Positions 16,777 to 25,527 of a stretch of DNA of 64,000 bases are shown here, in pieces. Source of the DNA: a virus. Taxonomy: Duplodnaviria; Caudoviricetes. The position numbers were made by a program, and so were the translations under genes. Where the stretch lies: the IMG/VR virus record IMGVR_UViG_3300032321_001270, positions 128,001 to 192,000 of that record. One strand, given 5' to 3'. Numbering within the stretch: the first letter of the stretch is position 1; each line of letters opens with the position of its first letter. The notes beneath the pieces were generated by a model. The model worked only from the letters and a program-made list of their open reading frames with translations, had not been told where the DNA came from and ran no database searches.

Positions 16777-18261
16777 TTAGCCCTTGGCGGGCGCGGCCAC
16801 GCGGCGGCGACCGGCGACCGGCACAGCGGCCTTACCGACACGCGTATAGATACCGCGCGTATCCGCAGACAGGCAGCGGCCCTCGGCCCACTGGCGCAAG
16901 CGCTCGATCTGCTCAGCAGACGTAACCGAAACCGGAACCACGTTCTGCGCCGCTTCGACGAGCGGGATGTCGAGCAGCGCCGCCAGACGGCAGCAGCTCT
17001 TGATCTCGGCGCCAGTCCAGTTGGTGTCGTCGGGGCGCTCCTGTGAAGCGTCAACGCCAAACTGATTTAGATAGATATCCCAGATCGCCGACCGCTGGTC
17101 AGGGCCGGGCAGATCCACGAAGAAAATGCCGTCGAAACGCTCGGCGCGGGCGAACGGCGCGGGCAGCTGGCTCGCGTCATTGCAGGTGCCGATAAAGAAC
17201 ACGTCCGACGTGTGATCGTTCAACCACGTTAACAGCGTACCGAATAGACGCGCCGACACACCCGAGTCAGTCTGGCCGGAGCTACCGACGCCCGCCAGAC
17301 CCTTCTCGATCTCGTCGACGAACAGCACGCACGGCGCCATCGCGTCGACCTGTCGAAGCGCACGCCGCATGTTACCCTCGGACTCGCCCACGAACTTGCC
17401 CATGAGCGAACCGAAATCGAGCATGACGGTCGGACGACCTACTTCGTTACCAAGTGCCTTGGCAAACTGCGACTTGCCGCAGCCCGGCGGGGACAGCAGC
17501 AGTACACCCTTGGGGCGCTTGTCCACGTTCGTTTCGCCCTGACGCCGCATGGCGCGCAGGCAGAACGACTTGAGATTTTCAAGGCCGCCAAGGTTCTCGA
17601 AATTCGCGTCGCCGCGATACAGGGTCATGGTGCCGCTCTTTTCGAGCGTCTGCGCCTTGATGCCCCAGATCGTGTCCGGCGACAGTTTGTTATTACGCAC
17701 CAGCGACAGCGCGTACGCGTTCTCGGCCTCCTGCCGTGTCAGACCGCGGGAAGCGTCTACGACAGCGTCAACTTCCTGCGCGGTCGGCTTGGTAAACGCG
17801 CAGCCTTCCGGGAACAGATCGTTGCATACCGTCGTGAGCTGCGAGAGATCCGGCAACTCGTGATGAACCACCGTGAACAGCTTTTCAACCTCGGGCTGGA
17901 GCTGCAGAACCGGCGCCACAATGATGATGTGCTTGCCGTCGCCCTTGCCCTGCACAACCCGATTTGCCAGCGCCTGCAGAACCTCGGGGTTACCAAGGAA
18001 CCGGTGGAAGTTCTTCAGCACCAGAAGCATCGGCTGCTTCGGCTGCGGCTGGTCAAGAAACCGGAGAGCCTGCAGCGGGCCGGGAGCCGGAGCAATACCC
18101 GAATATAACTGGCGGTCGATGTCCCAGACGTCGAAGCCCCATTCCTTCTCTTCGGTTACCCTGCGAATCGACGCAATCGCATCGTCGCACTCCTGCGATT
18201 CAACCCAGATGCCGGAAAAGCCGGCGCAGACCAGCTCTTTGATTTCTTTTTCGAGTGACAT
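16777..18261 (-). CDS. Ycf46-type AAA+ ATPase
   Basis: Walker A SPPGCGKS, Walker B VLFVDEIEK, RAERFD arginine finger; inactive N-terminal domain as in Ycf46. Confidence 0.9.
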   Translation of the reverse strand: MSLEKEIKELVCAGFSGIWVESQECDDAIASIRRVTEEKEWGFDVWDIDRQLYSGIAPAPGPLQALRFLDQPQPKQPMLLVLKNFHRFLGNPEVLQALANRVVQGKGDGKHIIIVAPVLQLQPEVEKLFTVVHHELPDLSQLTTVCNDLFPEGCAFTKPTAQEVDAVVDASRGLTRQEAENAYALSLVRNNKLSPDTIWGIKAQTLEKSGTMTLYRGDANFENLGGLENLKSFCLRAMRRQGETNVDKRPKGVLLLSPPGCGKSQFAKALGNEVGRPTVMLDFGSLMGKFVGESEGNMRRALRQVDAMAPCVLFVDEIEKGLAGVGSSGQTDSGVSARLFGTLLTWLNDHTSDVFFIGTCNDASQLPAPFARAERFDGIFFVDLPGPDQRSAIWDIYLNQFGVDASQERPDDTNWTGAEIKSCCRLAALLDIPLVEAAQNVVPVSVTSAEQIERLRQWAEGRCLSADTRGIYTRVGKAAVPVAGRRRVAAPAKG

Positions 18262-18274
18262 GTGTTTCCTTTAG

Positions 18275-18466
18275 TTAGTTGCTCTCGGCGATCTGCTCGT
18301 CGTTGCTGGCGTTGTAGAACTCGCCAGTCAGCTGCTCATCAACCTTGGCGCCCAGCGCCTGCTCCAACGCGCGGGTCGCATCCTGACATGAACTACCGGT
18401 GTAGCCGCTCGTTTCGATCTTGGTGCCGCCCTTGGGGTCGACGATGATCTGGATAGTCTTGGTCAT
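18275..18466 (-). CDS. DUF2997 domain protein
   Basis: IIVDPKGGTKIETSGYTGSSCQDATRALEQALG...TGEFY. Confidence 0.9.
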   Translation of the reverse strand: MTKTIQIIVDPKGGTKIETSGYTGSSCQDATRALEQALGAKVDEQLTGEFYNASNDEQIAESN

Positions 18467-18468
18467 GT

Positions 18469-18834
18469 TCAGAAACCTCCCGTCAGATTGAGTTTGATGG
18501 AACCGTCCTGCAGCGTCTCTTCGTACACCGAATAGCCGCCCTTCTGAGCCTCGTAGATCGCCTTTTCAACCGCATACGCCTGCAGGAACTTGTCCAGCTC
18601 CGCCTGCTTGCCCCACGCGCCGTTGTAGTTGTCGTAGTTTGCGGCGCCGGTCTCGGTATTAAACACGGCCGGATACTGCCAGCCGGGAAGCTTTACAGCC
18701 ATGCCGTCGGCGCTCTGACCGGCGAACAGCACATGGTGCCCGGTCTTGGGCGCTTCCAGCCCTAGTCGACGGCACGCCGCTTCAACGGCCGCCGCATCCT
18801 TCACTTCCGTCTTGATCTGAACGATATGAGACAT
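18469..18834 (-). CDS. DUF1257 (Ycf35-like) protein
   Basis: MSHIVQIKTEVKD...YDNYNGAWG...FLQAYAVEK...GYSV.E....GSIKL. Confidence 0.9.
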   Translation of the reverse strand: MSHIVQIKTEVKDAAAVEAACRRLGLEAPKTGHHVLFAGQSADGMAVKLPGWQYPAVFNTETGAANYDNYNGAWGKQAELDKFLQAYAVEKAIYEAQKGGYSVYEETLQDGSIKLNLTGGF

Positions 18835-18836
18835 TG

Positions 18837-19157
18837 TTAGCCCCGTGTATCCTTTTTTGAAAGGTGATGTTGAAGTGCGCACATAATTGTGCTTTCAAAT
18901 TGTTCGGGCGAGATGTAATCAGTGCCCGCAAAGTATTCCAATAAAGCAACCGCCGTTTTGCGGTCATATACAAACTTAAATTGCCTCGGTCCGCGCGGCG
19001 TGTCTAAATGGTATTCCGTGATGTCGTGCAACGTCACGACTTCAGGAATGGCCAACACGTCGCTGTATTCGCGGCGCAGCCTGTCTAACGAGTCGAGCGC
19101 TGTTAAGATGCGCTCGCGATCTTCGTCTTGCAGTTTTTCTTCGTTGTATGGCGTCAT
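18837..19157 (-). CDS. hypothetical protein
   Basis: ORF track; ATGA overlap. Confidence 0.6.
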   Translation of the reverse strand: MTPYNEEKLQDEDRERILTALDSLDRLRREYSDVLAIPEVVTLHDITEYHLDTPRGPRQFKFVYDRKTAVALLEYFAGTDYISPEQFESTIMCALQHHLSKKDTRG

Positions 19158-19462
19158 CGGTACGCCACAACCTCGGCGCGTGTTTCAACCCAGACGTGCG
19201 CGCCACAAGAGAGCGGCGCGTCTGGCGAGTAGACAACCCGCGATTCTCCGCGGACGTCTACGTTTTTTGCTGCGTATGTTTTATTACGCCACTTTATGGT
19301 GAGCGGCGGTACGCGTATGTTTTGCTTTTTATTGTCTCGAATAATGTGCTGGTTAACGTGAATACGTTTAATTGTTCCAGCCGGCATCGTCATTTCATCG
19401 GCATCGCCCGGAAACCGGAGCGGAATGCGTGGTTCGAGCAGGCAGACATTGTCTGTCGCCAT
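19154..19462 (-). CDS. conserved phage hypothetical protein
   Basis: IHVNQHIIR.N...VYSPDAPLSCGAHVWVET signature; AAAGGA SD. Confidence 0.75.
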   Translation of the reverse strand: MATDNVCLLEPRIPLRFPGDADEMTMPAGTIKRIHVNQHIIRDNKKQNIRVPPLTIKWRNKTYAAKNVDVRGESRVVYSPDAPLSCGAHVWVETRAEVVAYR

Positions 19463-19510
19463 GGTCTGATCCTTTCGTCTGCAGAGGGCAGACAAGATAA
19501 AGATATCTAA

Positions 19511-19553
19511 CCCGCTGTGGTACCGGCCATCCGTGACCAGTACCTGCAGCGGG
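19511..19553 (-). promoter_or_regulatory. CsrA-type binding hairpin (CACGGAUG apex)
   Basis: About 17-bp stem (G-U pairs only on the minus strand) capped by C-ACGGAU-G. Confidence 0.65.
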
Positions 19554-19565
19554 CAGATAATACGC

Positions 19566-20390
19566 TCAGCGGCTCATCATTGCGCCGAGCTGCTTGTGCG
19601 CGGTGAGAATTTCACCGGCCGTGTCGTAGCAACCATCGCAGGCTTCCAGAAACGCTGTCGCCGCTTTGAGCTGCCCCATCGGCAACATCGTGGTCTTCGA
19701 CGGCGCCGACTCGACGGCCCGATGCTTCGGAGTAACGCGAGGAGCCTCGGCCGCGCCGACGCGCTTGCCCTTTGCCGCAACGAAACTCTTTTCTTCCGAT
19801 CCGGCCTTGACGCCGCGTTTGGTCGGCTTGACGCCGGCTTTCTTGAGCAACTGGCTCACCTGAGCCGGGCTCACAACAACGCGCTTCTTGGCGAGCGCCG
19901 CCACGATATCGACACCGCGCAGCGAGTCACCAGATTCCTGACGACGCTCGATTTCCTCGCGGATGTGATCGGCGCCACTCTTCTTATCAGCCATGGCATT
20001 CACTTTCTTTTTGGTGCCGGACGTTTCTTCGGCCGACACAGTGGGATCATCATCTTTGTCGCTCTCCACAACGGAGTCGACCTCATCATCGCTTTCGTCA
20101 ACTACCTCGTCGCCTTCTTCAGGTTCGTACTCAGTTTCGTCTTCGTCTTCTGTCGCGTCGCTTTCTTCAAGCTCAGCAGCTTCGACGTAGGCAGCTTCGT
20201 TATCATCTTCAAGGACCGCATCTTCTTCAAGCTCTGCATCGACGTCCAAGTCAATGTCGTCGTCTTCTTCGTTGGTCCGCATCCGTGGGGCCTTTTCTTC
20301 CTTCTTCTCTTTTGCTGGCTTGCTGGTAGATCCGGGCAGTGGTTTGCCCCACAGATTTGCGGGGCTGATCAGGTCATCAGCTTTCGCCAT
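19566..20390 (-). CDS. acidic N-terminus plus planctomycete-type basic nucleoid-like domain
   Basis: D/E-rich first half; KKSGADHIREE...DIVAALAKKRVVVSPAQVSQLLKK...LKAATAFLEACDG pattern; AGGAG SD. Confidence 0.7.
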   Translation of the reverse strand: MAKADDLISPANLWGKPLPGSTSKPAKEKKEEKAPRMRTNEEDDDIDLDVDAELEEDAVLEDDNEAAYVEAAELEESDATEDEDETEYEPEEGDEVVDESDDEVDSVVESDKDDDPTVSAEETSGTKKKVNAMADKKSGADHIREEIERRQESGDSLRGVDIVAALAKKRVVVSPAQVSQLLKKAGVKPTKRGVKAGSEEKSFVAAKGKRVGAAEAPRVTPKHRAVESAPSKTTMLPMGQLKAATAFLEACDGCYDTAGEILTAHKQLGAMMSR

Positions 20391-20496
20391 AACGCTCTCT
20401 CCTAGTGCGCCGCGGCCGAAAACACTTCGGCTGTCCTGCGGCTAAATGAAAAATACATCCCAGAAAACAAAAAGCAACTCAACAGCAAAAATGCCG

Positions 20497-20859
20497 TTAA
20501 TTACCTGTTTTATAGGCTTCGGGAATGTTGCCGTCGGCGTCCCGAAGTTTTCCGGCGTTTAGTTCTGGCCACTTCTGGTAAGAGTGGATTGCGCCGAGCA
20601 GGTTCCAAGAAGCGTGCGCCAAATGGTTTTCTGAACGATCGCCGTTTAAAAAACTGTAGATGTGCGCGATCGCATGATTCAGCAGGTCCGAAACTGGCAT
20701 TCCGTTTTCCCAGTTGTACGGACCAAATTTTTGCGCACCTTCGTGGTACGTTTCAGCTAAAGCGCGCAACGCCACCGGCGAGATCAAATCGTATCGTACG
20801 GCATCACAGTCTGCGCTTCGAACGGCGCCAGTGTCGTACTCATGTCGCGCCGCGGTCAT
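20497..20859 (-). CDS. dATP/dGTP diphosphohydrolase-domain (DUF5664) protein
   Basis: GAVR...RYDLISP.AL..LA.....GA.KFG..NWE.GM...HLAHA.WN. Confidence 0.85.
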   Translation of the reverse strand: MTAARHEYDTGAVRSADCDAVRYDLISPVALRALAETYHEGAQKFGPYNWENGMPVSDLLNHAIAHIYSFLNGDRSENHLAHASWNLLGAIHSYQKWPELNAGKLRDADGNIPEAYKTGN

Positions 20860-21160
20860 GGTCAACCTTCGTGGGTTTGAATGAGAAATAAAATCTCGGC
20901 TCGTCATTGAATGCGACGGTGCCGGCCAGCGCGTCACGTTTTCGAATCACGTGCACGTACGGCGGATCAAAGTGCGACACTTCGAATTCTTCTAGCAGTT
21001 GTTCGCTGTTCCACACCTGCTCGCCATATTGTTTTTTCAATACGTCTCGTATTTCGTCTGCGCCGCGTTTGGCTAATTGATCCTGCAGCACGTGAATCAG
21101 CGTCTGCCGCGCATTATCAAGCTTGATATGCGTTGCAAAATTTTCAACCTTGTTGGGCAT
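20840..21160 (-). CDS. conserved hypothetical protein
   Basis: YG.QVW...L..EFEV..F.PPYV.V.RK......F...PRFYF pattern. Confidence 0.7.
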   Translation of the reverse strand: MPNKVENFATHIKLDNARQTLIHVLQDQLAKRGADEIRDVLKKQYGEQVWNSEQLLEEFEVSHFDPPYVHVIRKRDALAGTVAFNDEPRFYFSFKPTKVDHDRGAT

Positions 21161-21545
21161 TTGTGGTGTCGTCTGGTGCAAGCTTGTCCAGTGCGTCTTT
21201 CTGTGTTTTGATTTGTTCGGCAACATGCGCAGCATACTGGTCAAGCATACGAATCTGGCCAACGAGATCTTTGTGCACATCGACGCTGAATAGCGACAGC
21301 CGCCTGAGCAAGCTCAGAAGACTGGATGTAAACGGCGGTTCTTTGATGCGCAGGCTAAGAATGCCGGGAGGCGCGTTCTCGGGCTGCGAGTTCCATAACG
21401 GAACTAATGCAATCCCGTGTAGTTCAGGTACAGCAGCTAAGAGCGCGTCGCAAAATTCTTCACTGCGTTTCATAAACTCGACGTCAAATGATAATCGCGT
21501 TTGCGCGTTTTCTGGTTGCTGATCTGTTTGCTGCGGCGCATCCAT
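21144..21545 (-). CDS. hypothetical protein
   Basis: ORF track; C-terminal coiled coil. Confidence 0.65.
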   Translation of the reverse strand: MDAPQQTDQQPENAQTRLSFDVEFMKRSEEFCDALLAAVPELHGIALVPLWNSQPENAPPGILSLRIKEPPFTSSLLSLLRRLSLFSVDVHKDLVGQIRMLDQYAAHVAEQIKTQKDALDKLAPDDTTNAQQG

Positions 21546-21561
21546 GTAGTAAAAATCCTTG

Positions 21562-21909
21562 TTATTGGGTATATCTCGATTCTTTCGGGAGAAGGCCGTC
21601 AAGCACGTTCCCGAGACGCGTGGCGGCCAGACTGTAGATCACCAGCCGGACGCACACGTCAAAAATACCGCCGATATTGTTTCCTGCCAAGAGCAGCAAA
21701 AACAGATAAAACGGCGCATGATATGACTTGCAGAACGGGCAGTTGATCAGTTCCAGTATTTTTCCGCGCAAACTGTCGTATGGGGTCACATCTTGCCACG
21801 CCTGCGCGTACGCGCGAGCTGTTTCAAAAATAGATCCCTTGTGCCAAACTTCAATAATTGCGCCTGCGGCCAGCGTGACTGCAAAAAAATCAAACAAAGT
21901 TATTGTCAT
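21562..21909 (-). CDS. DUF1360-like membrane protein
   Basis: Two hydrophobic segments and ELINCPFCKSYH, similar to the ELLxCPWC motif. Confidence 0.6.
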   Translation of the reverse strand: MTITLFDFFAVTLAAGAIIEVWHKGSIFETARAYAQAWQDVTPYDSLRGKILELINCPFCKSYHAPFYLFLLLLAGNNIGGIFDVCVRLVIYSLAATRLGNVLDGLLPKESRYTQ

Positions 21910-22088
21910 TGCCGCCTGCGTTTAGTTGATTCGGCTGTGTATCCGCCCATGAAACAGGCGCCGCTGTACACAACGCTTGCTGCAATCAGCAGACCAACTA
22001 TACCAATTTCTGGAAGGGCGCATACCCCGCCAATGAGAGCAAGTGCGGCGTATCCAGCGAATGTTGTATTTGGATCTGACCGTGCCAT
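21906..22088 (-). CDS. small membrane protein (holin-like topology possible)
   Basis: Two hydrophobic stretches and a basic C-terminus (KRRRQ). Confidence 0.55.
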   Translation of the reverse strand: MARSDPNTTFAGYAALALIGGVCALPEIGIVGLLIAASVVYSGACFMGGYTAESTKRRRQ

Positions 22089-22089
22089 T

Positions 22090-22314
22090 TTATGTCGCTT
22101 GGTTGTCGCCGTGCGGCCACACCTGTGTACGTGTAGTATCCGGCGCGGCAGGGTTAAACTGGTACTGGGGTAGCGGCAACGGTGCCTCAAGTTTAAGATG
22201 GTTTACGGCGTTATCGGAGATGTGCAGCTGCGGACCGGGCCCGCGGCGTGTACCTTCCGTATAGTTTTGTTTACGCTCTTGATACAGTTTTGCTGAACGT
22301 CCAACGTTGGCCAT
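22090..22314 (-). CDS. hypothetical protein
   Basis: GGAGG SD. Confidence 0.65.
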   Translation of the reverse strand: MANVGRSAKLYQERKQNYTEGTRRGPGPQLHISDNAVNHLKLEAPLPLPQYQFNPAAPDTTRTQVWPHGDNQAT

Positions 22315-22372
22315 AAAACCTCCAATAAGTGAGCGACCGGGTCACCGTTTAGTATACCCAGTTGCTCACCGT

Positions 22373-22537
22373 TCACTTGCGAGTAGTTTCTTTCATGGCA
22401 GCTGTGGCTACTTCACACATGTAGCCCAATACATTTGCCAATCCAGCGAGTCCGTAGACGAAAACACATCCCGTATATTTGAGACTGTCTTCGACCCACT
22501 GAAACTCCCACTCGTTACCCGGGTTATTGTGGTTCAT
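22373..22537 (-). CDS. small hypothetical protein (54 aa, MNHNNPGNEWEF...)
   Basis: Manual translation; TAGGT upstream; one hydrophobic segment; shorter than any ORF in the track. Confidence 0.5.
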   Translation of the reverse strand: MNHNNPGNEWEFQWVEDSLKYTGCVFVYGLAGLANVLGYMCEVATAAMKETTRK

Positions 22538-24446
22538 GGTTAAACCTAATAAAGCAATTAAAGCGCTTGATATGCCCTCCGCGGGCGTACAAACGCTTAT
22601 ACAAGAATTAATCTCAATCGACCCAACGGACGTGAAAGCTGTTCACGAGCGTGCGGTTGTTTTGCAGCATCTTGCAAACAAACATGCGTTTCCGTCGCTT
22701 GAACCCATTCTTCCGTTAGTCTTAAACCTTAATGGACGTCCGTACAGCCTACAGAACCATTTTCCGTTTGCCCCCCTATTCAGACTACTCACCCCTAAAA
22801 ATCAGGTGTGGTGTACAGGGCGGCAGGTATCAAAATCGACCAGCCTAGCAGCGCACGGAGTTGTAGTTGCCAACTCTATCCCGTTTTTCAAAACGTTATT
22901 TATCACGCCGCTCTATGAGCAGATTCGGCGTTTCTCGAACAACTATGTGCGCCCGTTTATTGACCAGTCGCCGGTGAAAGCGCAGTGGAGTGGTACGTCA
23001 ACTGAAAACTCTGTGTTGCAGCGTTCGTTCAAGAACAATTCAATGATGTTGTTCAGTTTTGCTTTGTTAGACGCTGACAGAATCCGCGGTGTTTCCGCGG
23101 ATCGTGTGTGTATTGACGAAGTGCAGGATATGGATCCAGATCACGTACCGATCATCCAAGAGACAATGTCTTACTCGCGCTGGGGGACTAGTTATTACAC
23201 GGGTACTCCAAAGACGCTCGATAACTTAATTTACGGTTTGTATAAACGATCCTCACAGGCCGAGTGGTTCATTCCGTGTCATTCTTGTAAACACTGGAAT
23301 ATACCAGCGCTTGAATATGACTTAAACGCAATGATTGGCCCATACAGCGATCACATCAGCGAGAAGTATCCGGGCACCGTATGCGCAAAATGTCAAAAGC
23401 CCGTAAGCCCACGACATGGTCGCTGGGTGCACAGATATCCCGAACGCCGCTGGCAGTTTGCCGGGTATCACGTACCGCAGATGATTCTGCCACTTCATTT
23501 CTCCGACCCTGAAAAGTGGTCTACGCTCTTGTTGAAACGAGAAGGCTTTGGGAACATGACCCAAGCCCAGTTTTACAACGAAGTTATGGGAGAAAGTGTT
23601 GATACCGGCCAGAAGCTCATCAGCGAAACTGATTTGAAAGCTGCGTGCGTACTAGACTGGGAAAACAAGAAAGAACCAGAACCCAAATGCTTCGCAAATC
23701 TGTCGCATTACAAACACCGCATTTTAGCGGTCGACTGGGGCGGTGGCGGAGAAGCCGGTATTAGTTTCACCGTGCTGTCTGTGCTGGGATTCCGGCCCGA
23801 TGGAACAATCGATGTGCTATGGGCCAAACGGTTGCTCATTGGTGGCGACCACTTGGCTGAAGCCGTTGAATGTATGCGCTGGTCTAACTTGTTTAATTGC
23901 GATTTTGTCGCTCATGATTACACCGGTGCAGGCACGGTCCGTGAGACGGTCATGGTGCAGGCAGGGTTTAATCTTGACCGAGTACTTGCGATGCGGCTCG
24001 TCCGTTCCGCGTCGCAAGATTTGATGGTGTATAAACCACCAACGGAAATCAATCACCGCGCACACTACAGCCTTGATAAGACGCGGTCGTTGCTGTACAC
24101 GTGTCAGGCTATCAAACTAAAGCAGATCCGGTTCTTCCAGTATGACTGGTCGTCGCAGGACTCGCCGGGTTTGATATCAGATTTCTTAGCGTTGGTAGAA
24201 GAAAAAGCCGAATCCCGATTGGGCGGCGATATTTATACCATCACTAGAAACACACTATTGACTGACGACTTTGCGCAGGCTGTCAACTTGGGGTGCGCGG
24301 CGTTGTGGCACGTAAACAACGCGTGGCCAAACTTCGCCGAGATTGCCGGCGTTGCTCGACTAAGCGCGCGCGCCGTACAAGCCGAGACGCCGATGGACGA
24401 CGACTGGGCTGACGACGCAATCGGCAACAACTATTTTGGTTATTGA
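22536..24446 (+). CDS. terL: terminase large subunit, gpA-like
   Basis: Walker A GRQVSKS, Walker B CIDEVQD, coupling motif TGTPKT, Zn motifs CHSC and CAKC, nuclease AVDWG. The start could alternatively be 22572. Confidence 0.9.
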   Translation: MVKPNKAIKALDMPSAGVQTLIQELISIDPTDVKAVHERAVVLQHLANKHAFPSLEPILPLVLNLNGRPYSLQNHFPFAPLFRLLTPKNQVWCTGRQVSKSTSLAAHGVVVANSIPFFKTLFITPLYEQIRRFSNNYVRPFIDQSPVKAQWSGTSTENSVLQRSFKNNSMMLFSFALLDADRIRGVSADRVCIDEVQDMDPDHVPIIQETMSYSRWGTSYYTGTPKTLDNLIYGLYKRSSQAEWFIPCHSCKHWNIPALEYDLNAMIGPYSDHISEKYPGTVCAKCQKPVSPRHGRWVHRYPERRWQFAGYHVPQMILPLHFSDPEKWSTLLLKREGFGNMTQAQFYNEVMGESVDTGQKLISETDLKAACVLDWENKKEPEPKCFANLSHYKHRILAVDWGGGGEAGISFTVLSVLGFRPDGTIDVLWAKRLLIGGDHLAEAVECMRWSNLFNCDFVAHDYTGAGTVRETVMVQAGFNLDRVLAMRLVRSASQDLMVYKPPTEINHRAHYSLDKTRSLLYTCQAIKLKQIRFFQYDWSSQDSPGLISDFLALVEEKAESRLGGDIYTITRNTLLTDDFAQAVNLGCAALWHVNNAWPNFAEIAGVARLSARAVQAETPMDDDWADDAIGNNYFGY

Positions 24447-24451
24447 CCGTT

Positions 24452-24775
24452 TTAATAGATGCGCCAACAGTATTTTTCTATCTTTTGCCGTAGCGCGGCT
24501 GAGTGCCGAATTGGAATGTCTTCAATGACATCAACTACGGCGCGCGCCGCTTTTTCAAGCGCCGCCGCAGCTTCGTCGCAATCCATTGACGACGCGTACA
24601 GCTCCCATGCGGCGCCTGTACGAGGAACAGCGGGTGATTTTCCGTCGAGGGCGGCGTCCAGTAATCTTTGAAATATTCCGTCCGGTTCTGAGTCTCGGGC
24701 GCCGTACTTGCTGTATTTTTCCTGTGTCGCCTCGAAAGCTTTGATCAGCGTATCAAGCTTTTCCAGCGGGGTCAT
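24452..24775 (-). CDS. hypothetical protein
   Basis: YSKYGARDSEPD motif; ATG refined. Confidence 0.65.
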   Translation of the reverse strand: MTPLEKLDTLIKAFEATQEKYSKYGARDSEPDGIFQRLLDAALDGKSPAVPRTGAAWELYASSMDCDEAAAALEKAARAVVDVIEDIPIRHSAALRQKIEKYCWRIY

Positions 24776-25229
24776 CGTATTCGCTGACAACGTGCATACC
24801 CTTTTCAGTAACCGAGAAAGCAAAAGCATCTTTCTCGAAATCATATTCGGCGTCGAGGAGTCCTTGTTTCACGCCAGCCGCCATGACGTTCGACAGCAAC
24901 CGGGCACCGAGAGCGCGGAACAAACCAAGCATCTTTTCTTTGTACTCTTCAAACGAGTTGGCGCCGATGCCGTACATACCGTCATGCGAAACATCGCTAA
25001 GCTCTTTTACGATGTTTTCAACCTCCCAAATCTCTAAGAACTGACGCTGATGCTCTATTGCGTCAGTTACGTTTTGACCACTCACGTGAGACAGAAAATG
25101 GCCAAACACGCACAGAACGTGATCGCGTAAACCTTCGATTGAGTTGCACACGTGGTGCTGCACGTCGTCATCGTCGTCACCGGCTTTGTTTTCAAAATCC
25201 TCAAACATTTGAACCTCACTTGGTTTCAT
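24753..25229 (-). CDS. hypothetical protein
   Basis: ORF track, ATG refined. Confidence 0.6.
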   Translation of the reverse strand: MKPSEVQMFEDFENKAGDDDDDVQHHVCNSIEGLRDHVLCVFGHFLSHVSGQNVTDAIEHQRQFLEIWEVENIVKELSDVSHDGMYGIGANSFEEYKEKMLGLFRALGARLLSNVMAAGVKQGLLDAEYDFEKDAFAFSVTEKGMHVVSEYDDPAGKA

Positions 25230-25527
25230 TGCTGAGCCGGGCACGTGCCAGCGCGGCATCATACGAGCCGCGGGCCAAAATACGATTCTCGACGGCGATG
25301 CGCAACTGGGCGAGATAATCGGCGTACTGGCTGTCACCGTGAACACCGGCCTCTGCGCTGGAGAAGCTGTGCGGCTTGCCGGTCAGCGGGTTGTCTCCAG
25401 CGCTCATGATGCGGCCGATGGCGCCAAACTTGACATTGTGACGGTTGTCTTCCATTTCCATCTCGGTCTTGACGGCGACAGCCAACCGCTGGGCTGCTGT
25501 CTCAATTTCTTTTGCAAAATCAGCCAT
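25216..25527 (-). CDS. hypothetical protein
   Basis: AAGGAG SD; NPLTGKPHSFSSAE motif. Confidence 0.7.
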   Translation of the reverse strand: MADFAKEIETAAQRLAVAVKTEMEMEDNRHNVKFGAIGRIMSAGDNPLTGKPHSFSSAEAGVHGDSQYADYLAQLRIAVENRILARGSYDAALARARLSNETK

